Program-made: the position numbers and the translations under genes | In this document: piece by piece, positions 29,902 through 44,405 of the stretch | How the letters are laid out: each line of letters begins with the position of its first letter | How positions within the stretch are numbered: position 1 is the stretch's first letter | The notes under the pieces: generated by a model | What the model saw: the letters and a program-made list of their open reading frames with translations, nothing else | Database searches by the model: none | What the model was told of the DNA's origin: nothing | Assembly (NCBI GenBank): GCA_951406725.2 | Contig: OX597823.1 | Span: 103,664,001 to 103,728,000 of the forward strand | Reading direction: 5' to 3' | From: Octopus vulgaris | Lineage: Eukaryota | Length of the DNA: 64,000 nt

Positions 29902-30723
29902 GCTCTATATGCCCATATTTAGATTCCTCTATCTGCGTATCTCTTCTATTTGTATTTTCGATGCCTTCCTCCATCATCTCGTCTCCATCGTCACCAAGCC
30001 ATCTCTTCCACGCATCATCTCCACTTAAGTCTTCCGTCCATCCTAACAATCCTTACCCATAATAATAATTAGGACCTAGTTATTGCTTTTTCAGTTGCTT
30101 CTTTCAGTTTTAAGTGAATCATTGTTAGAAGTCGTCACAGGTGGTTGGTCAGATGGTGTGAAATGGTAGAGAAAAATTCGGTACTAAGGACTTGACGCAT
30201 ATTTCCGTTCCAGTCTTCTTTCTTCCACCATCTACATGTCCGTGTGCATAGCTGTACGTATGTGTGTACACGTACGTACATATATGCTTGTGTGTGTGAG
30301 TGCATGTATGTGTATATGCCTATATATATATATGTGTGTGTGTGTGCATACATACATCTCTCCTCCCCTCCCTCTCTCTCTCTCTATGTCTCTATTGTTT
30401 TGTATTTTCCCAACAGATTTTCTATGTATGTAGATCTGTTTAGTTTCCATTTCCCTACTTTCTTACTGATGTCTGTCCTATTATGATATCTGTTATATGA
30501 CGAATTAATCATATAACAATTCCAATGGGCTCACAACTGGGAAAGCCACTTTCAACATCTTACATTTCTTTCTTTGAGCCACAATGAACCCGTTTTAGCA
30601 AATAATAATTTTCGTTCGTTTAGGTTAAAATTCTAAGATTAACTGGGTGGCCGGGAGTCAAAATGGGATATGGTAGTGTTTAATATTTTTACCGAAATCG
30701 TTAACGATATGTCATAATTCTAA

Positions 30724-31331
30724 GGCGGCGATCTTACCGGCATTTCGTCCGTCTTTACGTTCTGAGTTCAAATTCCGACGAGATCAGCTTTATCTTTCAT
30801 CCTTTCAGGGTCGATGAAATAAATACCAGTTGCACACCGGAGTCAATGTAAATTTCAGGTCTTATGCCTATAATATAAACTATATGAAATAACCCTTTCT
30901 ACTTCACATGACCTGAAATTTCGAGGAGAGGGTCTAGTTGATTGCATGGGCATCAGTGCTGAACTTCTACTTATTTTATCAACCCCTAAAGGATGAAAGG
31001 CAAAGTCAGCCTCAGCAGCATTTAAAATGAGAAAGTAAAGCGGAAAGAAATGCTGTTAAGCATTTTGTCCGGCGTGCTAACTGTTCTGCCAACATAGCAC
31101 CTTTAACGATATATAATAATCCTTTATCACTTTGGCATAATGTCAGCGATTTTGAAGGGAGACAAATGTCGATTACATCGTTCCCCGTGCTCAATTGTTA
31201 CTTATGTTATCGATCCGAAAGGATGAAAGTATGAGTCAACCTCGGTGGTATTTGAACTCAGAACGTAAAGACGGACGAAATACCGCTAAATATTTTGCCC
31301 GGCGTGCTAACGGTTCTGCCAGCTCACCGCC
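30724..31331. mobile_element. Cluster of three decayed SINE A copies (one +, two -)
   Basis: Repeated gttctgagttcaaattcc / ggatgaaaggcaaagtc / ccggcgtgctaac motifs. Confidence 0.8.
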
Positions 31332-32972
31332 TGTATCGATATGAAATAATGAGAACTGTACTCAACCAGCGGTCGCATGTAAACCGTTGACTCAGGTCGC
31401 TTAGTTGCTTTTAATTAATAGTGCCAGTTAGATTTGTTAGAATACAAGTTTTATGCTTAAGGTAGGATAAGAGAGGAAATGTGGTTGTTTTGACGTAAAA
31501 TATGGTTGCCACAGGTTGTAGGAGTGAGACAAAGTGAACCTCAACTCTGTAATGTATGAAACGGGGCTACATCATGATTATGACCATCATTAGCTGCATT
31601 AGCAACAGAAGCGGTAGTAGTGGTAGTGGTGGTGTTGGTAGCAGTAGTAGCAGCAGTAGCAGTAGACTAACAACAGCTGGAAGTCTATTTGGGAATTGTC
31701 CCTGTCAGTGCCAGATTTTATTTCAATTTTTCCCCTTAATCTGTTTTCTTATCGTCTTATGATTGCAGCGGGAACACGTCTCTGTGTATGTGTGTGTGTG
31801 TGTGTGTGCGTGTGTGTGTGTGTGTGTCTGTGCGTGTGTATGTGCGTGTGTGTGTGTTTATGTGTGTGTGAGTGCGCGCGCACGCATACAGAAGTGTCCA
31901 TCTTTAGCCGAGCGTCCATTGACTGACAAGTAATTTCATGCCCGATGGAAGGGGGTCCATCCGGTATTCCTTTTATTCACAACCCTTCCAGTCCACGTTC
32001 AGTTAAGCTAATGAGCCGGATATGAAAAATGGATGTCAAAGAATTCAACCAGCAACTTAGATTTATAGTTGGTAACATTCAAAGGAGTCGAGTAGCATAA
32101 ACTAAGAAGTAAATTTTGGGGGAGCTGGTTTCAATTCCTGCTTGTTACCCCAAGTTAAATTACCCTGCTTTCTCACTCTATAAAATCATTTGTCAAACTT
32201 TGTCGACGCTGAACGTTATTAGTTGCCCTCAGCTTTTAGTGCTTTACTCTACTTCAGCTGTGTTGTGCAGATATGGTTGAAGGGTTAAATTGATTCGCTT
32301 CTCAACTATGTTATTTAGGTTTCATGCTCACTGTGCACTTGTCTTCTACTGTAGCTTCGGGCCAATCGAAGCCTAGTGAGACAGAAACTAGGAGACGGAA
32401 ACAGTACGGAAGCCCGATGGATAGACCACTCATATCACTGAGTGCTAGATTTAATCTACAGCTCGGTCCTCTGAGCATTTTTTTTTAGCTGTGTACATTT
32501 TTTTGCAAATTATTCGGATCACGTATACAGAGTTCGATTCCTACCAATGGTGAAGGCGTCAATATGGATAATAGTGACGTTTTTTAAGTCGTTCAGAGTG
32601 TATAGCGTAGGAAATAATAGTAGGTTCTCGATTGACTTACACTAAGTAATAATAGTAGGTTCTCGACTAATATACACGAAGAAAATATTTTCAGTGAAGT
32701 CCCTAAGGGCCATCGGGTTTGGAAGTCAGCTTACTCTTTTGTCTCAACATCGATAATGTGAGAAAAAAGAAAAGAAAAAGAAACTAATGTACACACAAGG
32801 AAGTATTTAGGAAGAAATCAAGAAGGCCATTAAAATATAAGAATTTAACATTGAAATTCCAAATTTTCTTGTTTTCATTTTTTGTTATATTATTTTTCAA
32901 ATCATTTCGAATCAGATCTACGACATCTCATATTTTGTAAGGGAACCCACCATTTCCGTTCTTTCATTGGCT

Positions 32973-33060
<88 letters not shown>

Positions 33061-33773
33061 TGATAGTTCTCAGTCTTGACTTAACATCTGATTATTCAAG
33101 TACTTTCTGATGTTTCAAGAATTAGTCACACATAGGAAATGAGAGAAAAGCAGTATTAAGGGTCGGATCAACCGTGTAATTTTTTTTTTTATGCCTGTTT
33201 CATTTTATTACATATTTTTGTATTTCTACATTTCCTACAGAAATGTGTCCATCAACTTCACAGTGTTCTTAAACCTGTACTTATGTTGACATTTGGTCGT
33301 GCCAATCTGAGGAGAAATGAAATTCCGTCTGTGAACTATACAAGTGTCACTCTCACCAAAATTCTCTTTCCCATTTCTTTTCCCCACTTCTCATACGACA
33401 ATTACGAGAAAAAAAAACCCCGCCAAATTGCTGTTCGTTTCTCACCAAAACAAAAGTAGCTGTTGAAACTGATAAATCTCTTTTACCATTATTAATGATT
33501 TAGAGAACTGCATCAATATCACAACGTCCTGCTTTCTATATTCTTTAAAAATATTACACTTCAGGCAAAAAGAAGAAAAAAATAAAAGAAATGTATTTTT
33601 CTATCTTAGTCGCGCGTCAGCTAAAGCCTAATAAGTGAAATTTGGTAGATGGTATTTTGCGTGATGGACAGACTGGTTCACTGGTCTAATCGGTAACACA
33701 TTTAGTCACGTTAACAAAGGGATATAAGTTCGAGTCCTACGCGTACGGGAAAGCCTACTTTAAAAAATAAAAA

Positions 33774-34010
33774 GGCGGCGAGCTGGCAGAAACGTTAGCA
33801 CGCCGGGCGAAAAGCGTAGCAGTATTTCGTCTGCCGTTACGTTCTCAGTTCAAATTCCGCCGAGGTCGACTTTGCCTTTCATCCTTTCGGGGTCGATAAA
33901 TTAAGTACCAGTTACGCACTGGAGTCGATGTAATCGACTTAATCCGTTTGTCTGTCCTTGTTTGTCCTCTCTGTGTTTGGCCCCTTGTGGGTAGTAAAGA
34001 AATAGGTATT
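33774..34010 (+). mobile_element. Full-length tRNA-derived SINE family A
   Basis: A-box-like TGGCAGAAACG and B box GTTCAAATTC; three near-identical full copies in the window. Confidence 0.9.
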
Positions 34011-35015
34011 TGTTCTGTTTACAGTGCAAGTCTCACTAAAGTCGATCATTTAATGTACCAGTGCAATCCGGCATCGATGGTATCGATTATCATTTATCTC
34101 CACTAAATTTGAAGCCTTGTCTATACATGAAACAATTTTTTACTTTAGTTGAAGTTTTGTGAATTGACAGAATCGTTAGGGTTTCGAAAAACGATAGTTT
34201 TGTTGTAGGAAAACGACAGTTTTATCGGAGGCAGACGATTATCGAGCAAGGAGACCGGTGAGAAAGTCACATCTGACAACGTTCTGTTACATATGAATAC
34301 ATCCGGCTTTATACAATCAAGTATATTTTTCTGCTTGAAATAGCAATTAAATCTTCCTCAAATCTTCATTCCTTGCCATCGTAAAGGAACGAAGGACACA
34401 GATGATGTAGAAACTCTCAGATAGAGATATTGTATAAGTACGACGGCATCGCGTTCGAATGTAGGTTCACTTTATTCCAGCTAACCTAGGTCTAAACCTC
34501 AACAACGTGTATTTTGGGGTACTTTCCAGATACTATAACCTACTAACATACTCTATTCACCAATAAACACCTTTTGTATGTCACATGTGACATACCACAC
34601 CCTCTCTATCCACCCTCGATAACTTTCATATGGAATAGAAACAAAGTGTCGAAAAAAAAAATTTTCTATGCTTTTTTTTTCTTTTTCGAAAATTTCAATT
34701 TGTCTTGACAGAAGTACAAACCCTTTTCTCCTTTCACGAACAGATTAGACAATAAATATATTGAAACACTAAAATCACATAAAACGTGATTTTCCTACCA
34801 AGAAAATGTACTATGTACATGTAGTAAGTTGATGAGGAACAGCTGTCAGAATCGTCGCAGTATTTGTTCTGGCTCTACGTTCTGAGATTCGATTCTGAGA
34901 TTGGAGTTGATAAGATAAAGTAGAAATGAAGTGCTGGTTCGATGCAATCGACTTATCTTCTCTTAAAGCTGCTAGTCTTGTGCCTTAATTAGAAACAGTT
35001 ATTTCTTAATGGAAA

Positions 35016-35060
<45 letters not shown>

Positions 35061-36789
35061 GTCAGCTCTGATCGAGTGCCTTTATGATCAAAAGCATTCC
35101 ATTTCTAACCGTCCCATTCTGTCAGGTATCTTGGACTACATCATCTAATGTACTCTTTCCTATTGTTTTAAGCATTAGAGTGTAATTTCAGGGATTTATT
35201 GGCTGCTATTCCTGGCACATCAGGTGACCACGTGCTGGCTTCATTGTTGGGGTAAGTCATTATGAAACTTTAAAAGCAACCTTTAACTAGTATCCCATTG
35301 TTGTTACTGGAATTTAACCCCACTTCAGTTTTGCTGAAGGAATCTATAATCAAAGACGCTTCACTCATGACAAGCCAGGCATTTTCTCAGGGGCAGTGCA
35401 CGTAGGAGCACATTGTGCTATGTCTTTCTTAGAGATTGTGGAATGTGACTGGAAATTGTTTGGGTTGGTATTTCTAGCAAGCTAATTTCCTCCAAATTAA
35501 CTGCAACGCTTAAAGCCTTGTCCCAACGTTTTGTTGCGTCCGTTAGAAAAACAATGAATTATAGAGATGTGAAGGAAACCTATACAGAATAGATATAATT
35601 AGCAAATCTTTCTGATTGCAAAACTTTCGAAAGTGGGATTTCCTCATTGTTATTTTCTTTGAGCGATACAGTCATGAAACCCGGCCTTAAGCAGATTGTT
35701 GTCAGTATGAATATCTTTATATTGACATTATATTAACAATATTATTGAGATAAGTCCCTCTTCAGTTTACTTATAGAGGCCGTCAATTCTGTCAAACGCA
35801 AATTGCTATCATTGCATTTAACTCTTTGTCTGTTTTAAGCGTTTGCATAAGTTTGTCCTAAATGTTCGTGCTTTTTAGACTCATAGTTATCCGCTGTTTT
35901 ATAGATTCTAATATAAAGCTTTTATTTCTTGAAATCCCAAGTTACTCTGGTGGTTGAAAATAAAAATGGGAATGTGTTTTATATATGATGCATGAACACA
36001 TGGGAAACGTCTTGTATATCACATGTGGTACACATATATAAGACAAGCAAAGGGTTAAAATCATTGACAACGTATTGTAAATTTACCGGCTACCAATCTA
36101 CTGACTTCGAATCTACCAATGCGTATACATACAGATTGATATGACAATTTATCGGAAGACCTTATATTATTGGCACAGTTGAAATTTACTCTAAGTGTAT
36201 CTCCTAGTGTGGTGGAAGTGCAAAGGGTATCGTAATATTGTGGTTTCGATTCATGGACCGGGTGATACATTGTGTTCTTAAGCAAAGAATTTCATTTTAC
36301 GTTGCACCAGTCCAATCAGCTGGTAAAAATGAGTAATCTTGGGACAGACCGGCGTCGCGTCCAGAGACGAATATATGCACCAGAGACCGACGCTATGCTT
36401 CTTGCGGTGTAATGTGAGCTACCCCCCCCCCCGTCTGCATTCCAATGGCTGTTTTTTTTCTTAATCGCAACGGTGCAAAAATATTTTCGTGTAGTTTCTG
36501 TTCTAGTTGAAGGATTTTCCCGCCTATCAAACAAAAATCTCACGATTCTTGTGAGAAAATACTTTTTAATTTTTTAAGGGGATCGAGTGTTGTTTTTTAC
36601 CATGTTTTTGTTTCCTTTGTTTTGTTCGTTTTAATAACATTTGAACATTTACTTAAAAATTATCTACATGTTAACTTCTAAAGTTTGTTTTCACTTCAAT
36701 AATTTTATTAAACGATTTTAATCCTTAAGTGTTTCACAATCGAAATACAACTAGCTTTAATTCGGTAAGATGTAATCTCCCGCCCTTAC

Positions 36790-36876
36790 CTCTCTCCGCT
36801 GAACCGATTCTGTGACGCAGTGTCGAGTTCTGTTTAGAATTATTTCGCTTTCCCCACCCATTGCGTAATAAATTCG
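36790..36876 (-). other. Candidate 87-nt internal exon
   Basis: ttcttgctattacttgcag| acceptor and AG|gtaagg donor. Length is divisible by 3 and two frames are open. Confidence 0.4.
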
Positions 36877-37231
36877 CTGCAAGTAATAGCAAGAATATTG
36901 CATCATCTCATTTCCGTTCCGTCACCAGGAATTTCTAGCTACTGTCTTATTCTACTTGATATGTGTTTTATGCACGCACGCACGTACACACAAACACACA
37001 CTCACACACAAACACACACATGCACACACGCACGCAGGCGCGCGCGCACACACACACATACACACACACACACACACATACACACACACACACACAACAC
37101 ACTCAGCCAGATGTATTAGTTACGAGAACAAGAGTCATTTAATCATCTACAATAGCTTACAAATGTTTCTGCTATAAGAAGCAGTGAACTCCGAGCTGAG
37201 TGCTTGTGTAACTTCTTATAGCTTGCTCTGG

Positions 37232-37270
<39 letters not shown>

Positions 37271-37549
37271 AGAAATATTGAATTTCTAAATCTCTCGTAG
37301 AGACATGTACGGTGGTGGGGCGATAGAATGGTTGTATACTGTCAATCTAACAAGAAAGTGACAGTAGGGGGTACACCACCGCTGTATAGCCCTAGGAAGC
37401 ATCGAACGCCTCCTGATAGCTTTGACACATTTTTTTCCCTGTGTCCTTATATACATATACGAAGGGGAGACAAACACCCCCGGCCGCCGGAACTGCATCT
37501 AGGGACACCGTGTTTCAGGATCGTTGTCCTTCATCGGCCTAGAGTAGCA

Positions 37550-37724
37550 GCCCACTCTCTCCATCAAATCGACGTTGCCTGAACAGGTGCACGATGTACC
37601 ACGCGTCAGGTATCGAAGTGATCGCAGAGACGTAAGACGAAGTGTTTTGCTCCAAGTCACAACGCACCACCTGGTTTAGGAACTGAAACCACAATCTCAA
37701 GATCGCGAGTGCAATGCTCTAAAC

Positions 37725-37757
<33 letters not shown>

Positions 37758-38103
37758 GAAAAGAGGAAGGATGTATTGACTACTGTAGTCCACTGATGGG
37801 TTTAAATATATGATATAATGTAAAGACACATGTACACACACATTCTGCGTAGGTCTCTGAGCAGGTATCGCCAACCTTTTGGCAAAATTTGACTTGGAGC
37901 AAAACTCTTCGTCTCACGTCACTGCTATCACTTCAATACCTGACGCGTGGTACATCGTGTAGCTGTTCAGGCAACGTCGATTTGATGGATAGAGTGGACC
38001 AATGTACAGCACATACTTTTGATCGCTATAAACAAATCATTTTGTGCAGGTCTTCCGGCAAATGTTGAACACTGATACGTCGTCTTCGATAGGAAAGTCC
38101 ATC
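37550..38103. mobile_element. Inverted pair of family D-related SINEs (37550-37724 -, 37890-38103 +)
   Basis: Segments 37553-37659 and 37890-37997 (~107 bp) are reverse complements, roughly 90% identical by eye. Confidence 0.8.
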
Positions 38104-38296
38104 ACACACACACACACACACACACACGCACGCACACACACACAAACACACACACACACACACATACGCAACATATTCAGATACAAGCTTGTGTTTCTAG
38201 TACTCGTTGCAATACATTAAAAATAACTGATGTACTACCTTCATTAGAGTTCAACAACAAAAGAAGCCTCATCATAGTTACTCAATACCGAGAGAA

Positions 38297-38557
38297 TTCA
38301 TCTACGAAGCAATTGCCTCAGCTCCCCTTCAGGATTGGCGAACAAAAAACCTGGCTGATGACAGTCACGGCTGATCTGGAACCCAACCCAGGCCCCCATA
38401 TCTACGGCATTCGCCGCTGGAATAAGGAGTGGTTGGAGATCACGCAGTAGTTAGCCTCAAATCGCCAGGTCTGGTCGGCGTTTGTGAGAGATGCAGCATT
38501 GAGGATGAATGAAGCCAGCTCAACCCACCCCGGGTGAATGCTGTCTCAAGAAAGAAG
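38297..38557 (+). mobile_element. 5'-truncated RTE-clade LINE 3' end with 13-bp TSD
   Basis: Encodes QKTWLMTVTADLEPNPGPHIYGIRRWNKEW..LASNRQVWSAFVRD..STHPG*. Short (GAA)-like tail. AATACCGAGAGAA occurs at 38284-38296 and 38558-38570. Confidence 0.8.
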
Positions 38558-38799
38558 AATACCGAGAGAAAGAATTCTTAGTCTTTTTTGTGGTGGCTGT
38601 AGTAGGGGGGCGGCTCCTTTCATTACTTCCCGGTGTTAGCTTCCACACTTTACTGGTTTCGTATAAAAGCGATCCTTTTCTATTAATTCTGCCTACATTT
38701 GCTTTAACTTACGAAGGCATCACACAACTTATTTCATTGCACTGAGTACTAGAAACATAACCTTGTGTCCCAAGAAGATATATCTATATAAATATTTAC

Positions 38800-39128
38800 T
38801 ATTGGTACTCCGTCGCTTACGACGACGATGGTTCAAGTTGATTCAATCAACAGAATAGCCTGCTCGTGAAATTAACGTGCAAGTGGTTGAGTACTCCACA
38901 GACAGGTGTAATCTTTACGTAGCTATCAGGAGATCCAGCGTAACACAGAATGTGACAAGGCTGGCCCTTTGAAATACAGGAACTACTCATTTTTGGTACT
39001 ATTCATTTTTGCTAGCTGAGTAAACTGGAGTAACGTGAAATAAAGGATACAATGCGCCGCTGGGAATTGAACTCATGACCTTACGATCATGAGCCGAATA
39101 AGTTAACCACAAAGCCACGCGCCTTCAC
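38800..39128 (-). mobile_element. SINE family D head with a different tail
   Basis: Minus strand gtgaaggcgcgtggct..gagttcaattccc..tttcacgttactccagtttactcagctagcaaaaatga. Confidence 0.75.
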
Positions 39129-39141
39129 AAATAAATGTATA

Positions 39142-39372
39142 TATTTCTTTACTACCCACAAGGGGCTAAACACAAAAGGGACAAACAAGAACAGAAAAAG
39201 GGATTAAGTCGATTACATCGACCCCAGTGCGAAACTGGTACTTTATTTATCGACCCCGAAAGGATGAAAGGCAAAGTCGACCTCGGCGGAATTTGAACTG
39301 AGAACGTAACGGCAGACGAAATGCGGCCACACATTTCGCCCGGCGTGCTAACGTTTCTGCCAGCTCGCCGCC
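39142..39372 (-). mobile_element. Full-length SINE family A
   Basis: Near-identical reverse complement of 33774-34010. Confidence 0.9.
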
Positions 39373-40416
39373 TTCCGCAGTAATAGTAGTCACCAGTGTC
39401 CTTGCCGCGAGAAATATAGTCATTGGGACTCGGTTAACTGTGATAGACCTAGAATGTCAGACGGCGCGACGTTGTCGGCTCGGATGTCATGGCGGCCGCA
39501 ACAAATAAAATAACCAACGGATTCTGCACTGAAACGCTATAAACGCTGGTACAGACATACCCGCCACCTTCGTGTGTGTTTGTGTGTGCGAAGTTATATG
39601 CAGTCTTTTAACATGACGTACATAAGCAAAAATCTGTTTAAATGGCTGGTACATTTCGTAGCAATGCAAAAATTGCAAACTAACATATTTTCTGGCGCGC
39701 AACAGTTGGCTAAATATTCTGAAATACGATGCTGTAACACTTGGCAGTTAAATGGTTTAGCAGTTTGTTTTATTTTAAAATTAGTTTAATATAACACTCA
39801 TTATAAAGGCGGGTGAAAGAGCGAGAGGGGGGGTGAACGAAAGAGAAGGGGCGATAAAGAAAAGAAGAAAGAGAGAGAAAGAGAGAGAGAGAGGGGTGGG
39901 AGGGAGCGGATATAAAGAGAGTAGAAGGGTAGAATTTATTAAAATAACAAATATAAATGAATGTGACAATCCTCTGCTCCAATTGTCGCCATTGGTGGAA
40001 ATGGCGTCTTAAATGATATATCTATTTCCTAATTAAAGATTTCTCTATTTGCATATTCAAATTCCCATATGAAACTTATTGTCTCACTCTAAGAAACGCA
40101 CATTTCTTTCACTGTCCTCTGACTCTCTCTTTCACCCCTGTCTTTCTCCTTTACTCTCTCTCTCTCTCTCGTTATATCTCTACTAAAACGTTCGACAAAG
40201 TAGTAATGACAACATTATAAGATATTTGCAAGTTTATAACCCCTATATTGACATATTGATATCTACGGAACTTATTTGCACGCTTTTGAATTCTCCGAGG
40301 GTTATTTTTTTTTTTTTTTAATTCATTTTCTTTTTCGTATCAGGCCAGGTTTTCTAAAATTCACCCTAAGAACCTATCTATCTATCTATTTATCTATCTG
40401 TTTACTTACATATCCA

Positions 40417-40455
<39 letters not shown>

Positions 40456-40519
40456 CTACATAACAGCCTACTAACAACTCTACCTGTGTATATATAAACT
40501 GTTGGTATTGGGGTATGAC

Positions 40520-42285
40520 TACCTTCTACGTATATTTCCTATTTAGTATTAGGGATGTTTCATTTATGAGGACGTATTGCTGTATTTCTCTGAGTGTTGG
40601 GTCCTTCGTGTGCTTGGATAAAATGTTGACCAAGTGTGCCTCCATGTTGGCCTTTGGCATCTTTGTAGACTATGGAGGAGTGTTTTTTGCCGTCATATTG
40701 TCTCAAATGTCTATTTAGTCTCTCCGCAATGCTTCTAGATGTCTCACCTTTTAATATCATGTTCTTGTCTTTGCAAGCACACTCTAAGCACCTTAAGCTG
40801 CAGACTACATTTCTAGTTCTACAATTAATGCCATGGTTAATCTTACACACCGTGCAATTATCATTGGTTCATGTAGTATTCTCAAAGAGGTACGTCCTAC
40901 ATGATGGAGCTCCCTGGCTTTTCAACGATCCAGAGCTTTCCCAAATCTTCGGGCTAGTTCTCAATGGGTTGTGGCTTTTACAAACATCATTCCTTGATAT
41001 TTGTCGGTCTTGTTCACCTTGTTTGTTTTATCACAAACTCTTTGTATCCTATTCTGGTCTTTACTTCGATATATATATAGGGCAGGTAACACTGGTTTCA
41101 TTACATATAATGCTAAGTTCTTTCTAGCTCCCCTGTATACCCGAACCCTATCTTTCTGGTCATATCCAAAGAGCTGCATGTTTCTTTGTTTCATAGGGTT
41201 TGCATAATGGGGACACGTTGTTCATTGTGCTAACTAAATCTGGTATCAGTATGTTGATTTTCACGTCGTGTGACAAAGCTGAATTCTTTTGAACAACATG
41301 TTTAGAAGCTATGGGTTTCATGTAACAGGAGTGGATGAGCTGCACACTGTTGTTCACAATCCCTCAACAAGTTCAGTATCAAGGACAGGGAGTCTATTGT
41401 TGTGGTGCCAAGTGGAGTAATCTATAGCTACCTTCATACTTTCGTGGATGGCATTAGCTACGTGCTGGATGCTCTCCATTATGCTCCACTCGGTTTCTAT
41501 ATTACAGTTACTAGAGTTTGTCTTAACTATGATATTAATGTCAGCTTCATACATACAGTAAAGCAAAACAGTTGTAGATTGTTTAAGGACTGTTTAAGTT
41601 TTCTGTCCCACCAGGTCATGAAGTGGCCGACCACATCTCCAGCCACAGCGACACCAATGGCTGCACCTTGAACCGGCATGTATAGTTTCCTGTTAAACTT
41701 TACTATGTATTTCTTTTGCTATCCCCTATAGCATGTGCAGTCATTCTTTTCACCTGACTGTTGTTCTCAGGGTTCTGGGTGCTTATGATCTAGCCACTCC
41801 AGCGCTCTGCGGTGCTTTTCTTCCCGGCCGAGGTGATGGTGGGTGGTTTTCCTCTCTGTGACCTGGTAGGGCAGAACCTACTAAGATCATGATTGTCTAG
41901 GTAGTTACAGTCATAGCTTAGTTTAAGGAATGGGCCCAGGTTCCTCGTGTTGACTTCACGAAACTCTACTTCACTCTCACAAATAATCTCAATGCATTTT
42001 TCCACAGCAAAATCTACGTCTATAGCTGGGTAGTGCGAAACTACATCCATACTACCTCACTACACAACCTGTGAGGTCGTTGCGGTGGTTGCAACTACTG
42101 ATTTTACTGAGGAGATCCTCCGTGCTCAACCAGACATATGGGGACATTTCAATGAGTGCTCGTAACACGTGTGAGAGGAAGTAGGATAGCCTATAATTGC
42201 TGGAGATATTCGCACCGCAAATTGGCCGGGTTGGGGGCTCCGTAAAAGGGTTTACATAGGGTTTATGGTCCTTACGGTATAGCGT
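40520..42285 (-). mobile_element. Decayed Penelope-like retroelement: RT plus GIY-YIG endonuclease, 5'-truncated
   Basis: Minus-strand remnants in order: RKDHKP..PPTRPICG; MDVVSHYPAID (motif A); FNRKLYMPVQGAAIG (motif B); YEADINI (decayed YVDD); RLPVLDTEL; YMKPIASK; CRTRNVVCSLRCLEC..GETSRSIAERLNRH (GIY-YIG). Confidence 0.85.
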
Positions 42286-42420
42286 ATATATATATATATA
42301 TAAATTTAAATAATGAGGGTGATAAATTGAATATTAATTTAATAAATATCAATTTAATACCAGTAGCCTAGCATATAGAAAAATCTGAAAATTCAGAAAA
42401 ATTGTTAATACATGCGTATA

Positions 42421-42466
<46 letters not shown>

Positions 42467-43218
42467 GTGTGTATATGTGTGTATATATGTGTGTGTGTGT
42501 GTGTTTGTGTGTAAAATACAATTAAGATTCCGTTGAATTAGGTACTTAAATTGCGGCACATTGTAAGGTCGTAATAATATGCACACCCAAACAATATTAA
42601 ATGAATATCAAACGCGGTACAGAAGTGCCAGCACCTGATATTTTTACAGTGAATGCAGATAACGCGACCCAGCTGAGTGAAAAGATCCGCGCTTGGCTAT
42701 TCAGGCATTTTATATTAAAATACCTTCTATAATATTTCTGAGGCGTAGATTTCATGTATGTATGTATGTATGTATGTATGTATGTATGTATGTATGTATG
42801 TATGTATGTATGTATGTATGCATATGTGAGTGTGTGTGTGTGTTGAGGCCACACTGGTAGTAGTGGCCGCGTCGGTGATTGTGAGAGCGGTAATGGTGAA
42901 GCTGGTGGTATTGGGGTGATAAAGACGGTAGGGGTTACAGTAGTAGCGGTGGTTCTAGTAGGATAGAGGAGGGGTTGTCAGTGAAGTGAGAGATGTTCTT
43001 TCATAGTACCCTTGACATCAGTTATAAATATTGCGTGTGTGTAAACGTGGTCCCTGAGCATGCGAATGTGTTTGAATGTATGTGTGCGTGAGGCAAAGAG
43101 GGAGAGAAAATGACTGACAGAGAAAAAAAGAAAGAAATAGAAAAAGACAGAAAGAAAGAGGGGGGAGTGTGCTTACTGTCTCCCTGCATTTATCCTTCCC
43201 TAGATATGCACATACATG

Positions 43219-43255
<37 letters not shown>

Positions 43256-43487
43256 CATATACATATGTGTATCTATTTGTTTGTGTGTGTGTGTGTGTGT
43301 TTGTGTGCATGTTTATAGCTAAGATGGTACCGGAATGTTCTAGAAATGGGTTGGGTCGACTTGGTTTAGTAGACGAGGGTGGTGGTGTAGGCAAAGGCTT
43401 GTGTTCTGGGGTTTCCTCCGGGGGACCGAATTGACAGAAGCAGAAACAACAGGACTCTCCGAGTAATGAATGTTAAGTAAAACAACA

Positions 43488-43985
<498 letters not shown>

Positions 43986-43990
43986 GCTGT

Positions 43991-44031
<41 letters not shown>

Positions 44032-44222
44032 GCAACCACACGTACACACATAAATTATGGGAGAGGTAAAAGGTTAATAGAAAGGGACTTCATATTCTAG
44101 GGTTTCCTCACACATCCCCTCCCCGCCGCCAGCTCCTCCATATCCTCTCTTATTTCATGTTTCTTTTATACGTTGTTCTGCTTAGTTCTTGGTGCTTTTG
44201 CTGTTTTGTTATGTTTTCTAAC

Positions 44223-44275
44223 CAGCACTGAGTTGCTGACATCAGCACTTTTCATGCTCCGTGTGTTGTCGGAGT
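44223..44275 (-). other. Candidate 53-nt exon
   Basis: Strong acceptor tctgtctccatttcag| and weaker donor |gttaga; reads (D)SDNTRSMKSADVSNSVL. Confidence 0.3.
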
Positions 44276-44340
44276 CTGAAATGGAGACAGATTAAAGAAG
44301 CAGATAGATACTCGTTGAGGGAGTGAATAAGACAGAGAGA

Positions 44341-44405
<65 letters not shown>

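Noticed and set aside
33675-33745. tRNA-like TGGTCTAATCGG...GTTCGAGTCC
   Set aside because: A cloverleaf cannot be completed; at most a decayed SINE head or pseudogene.
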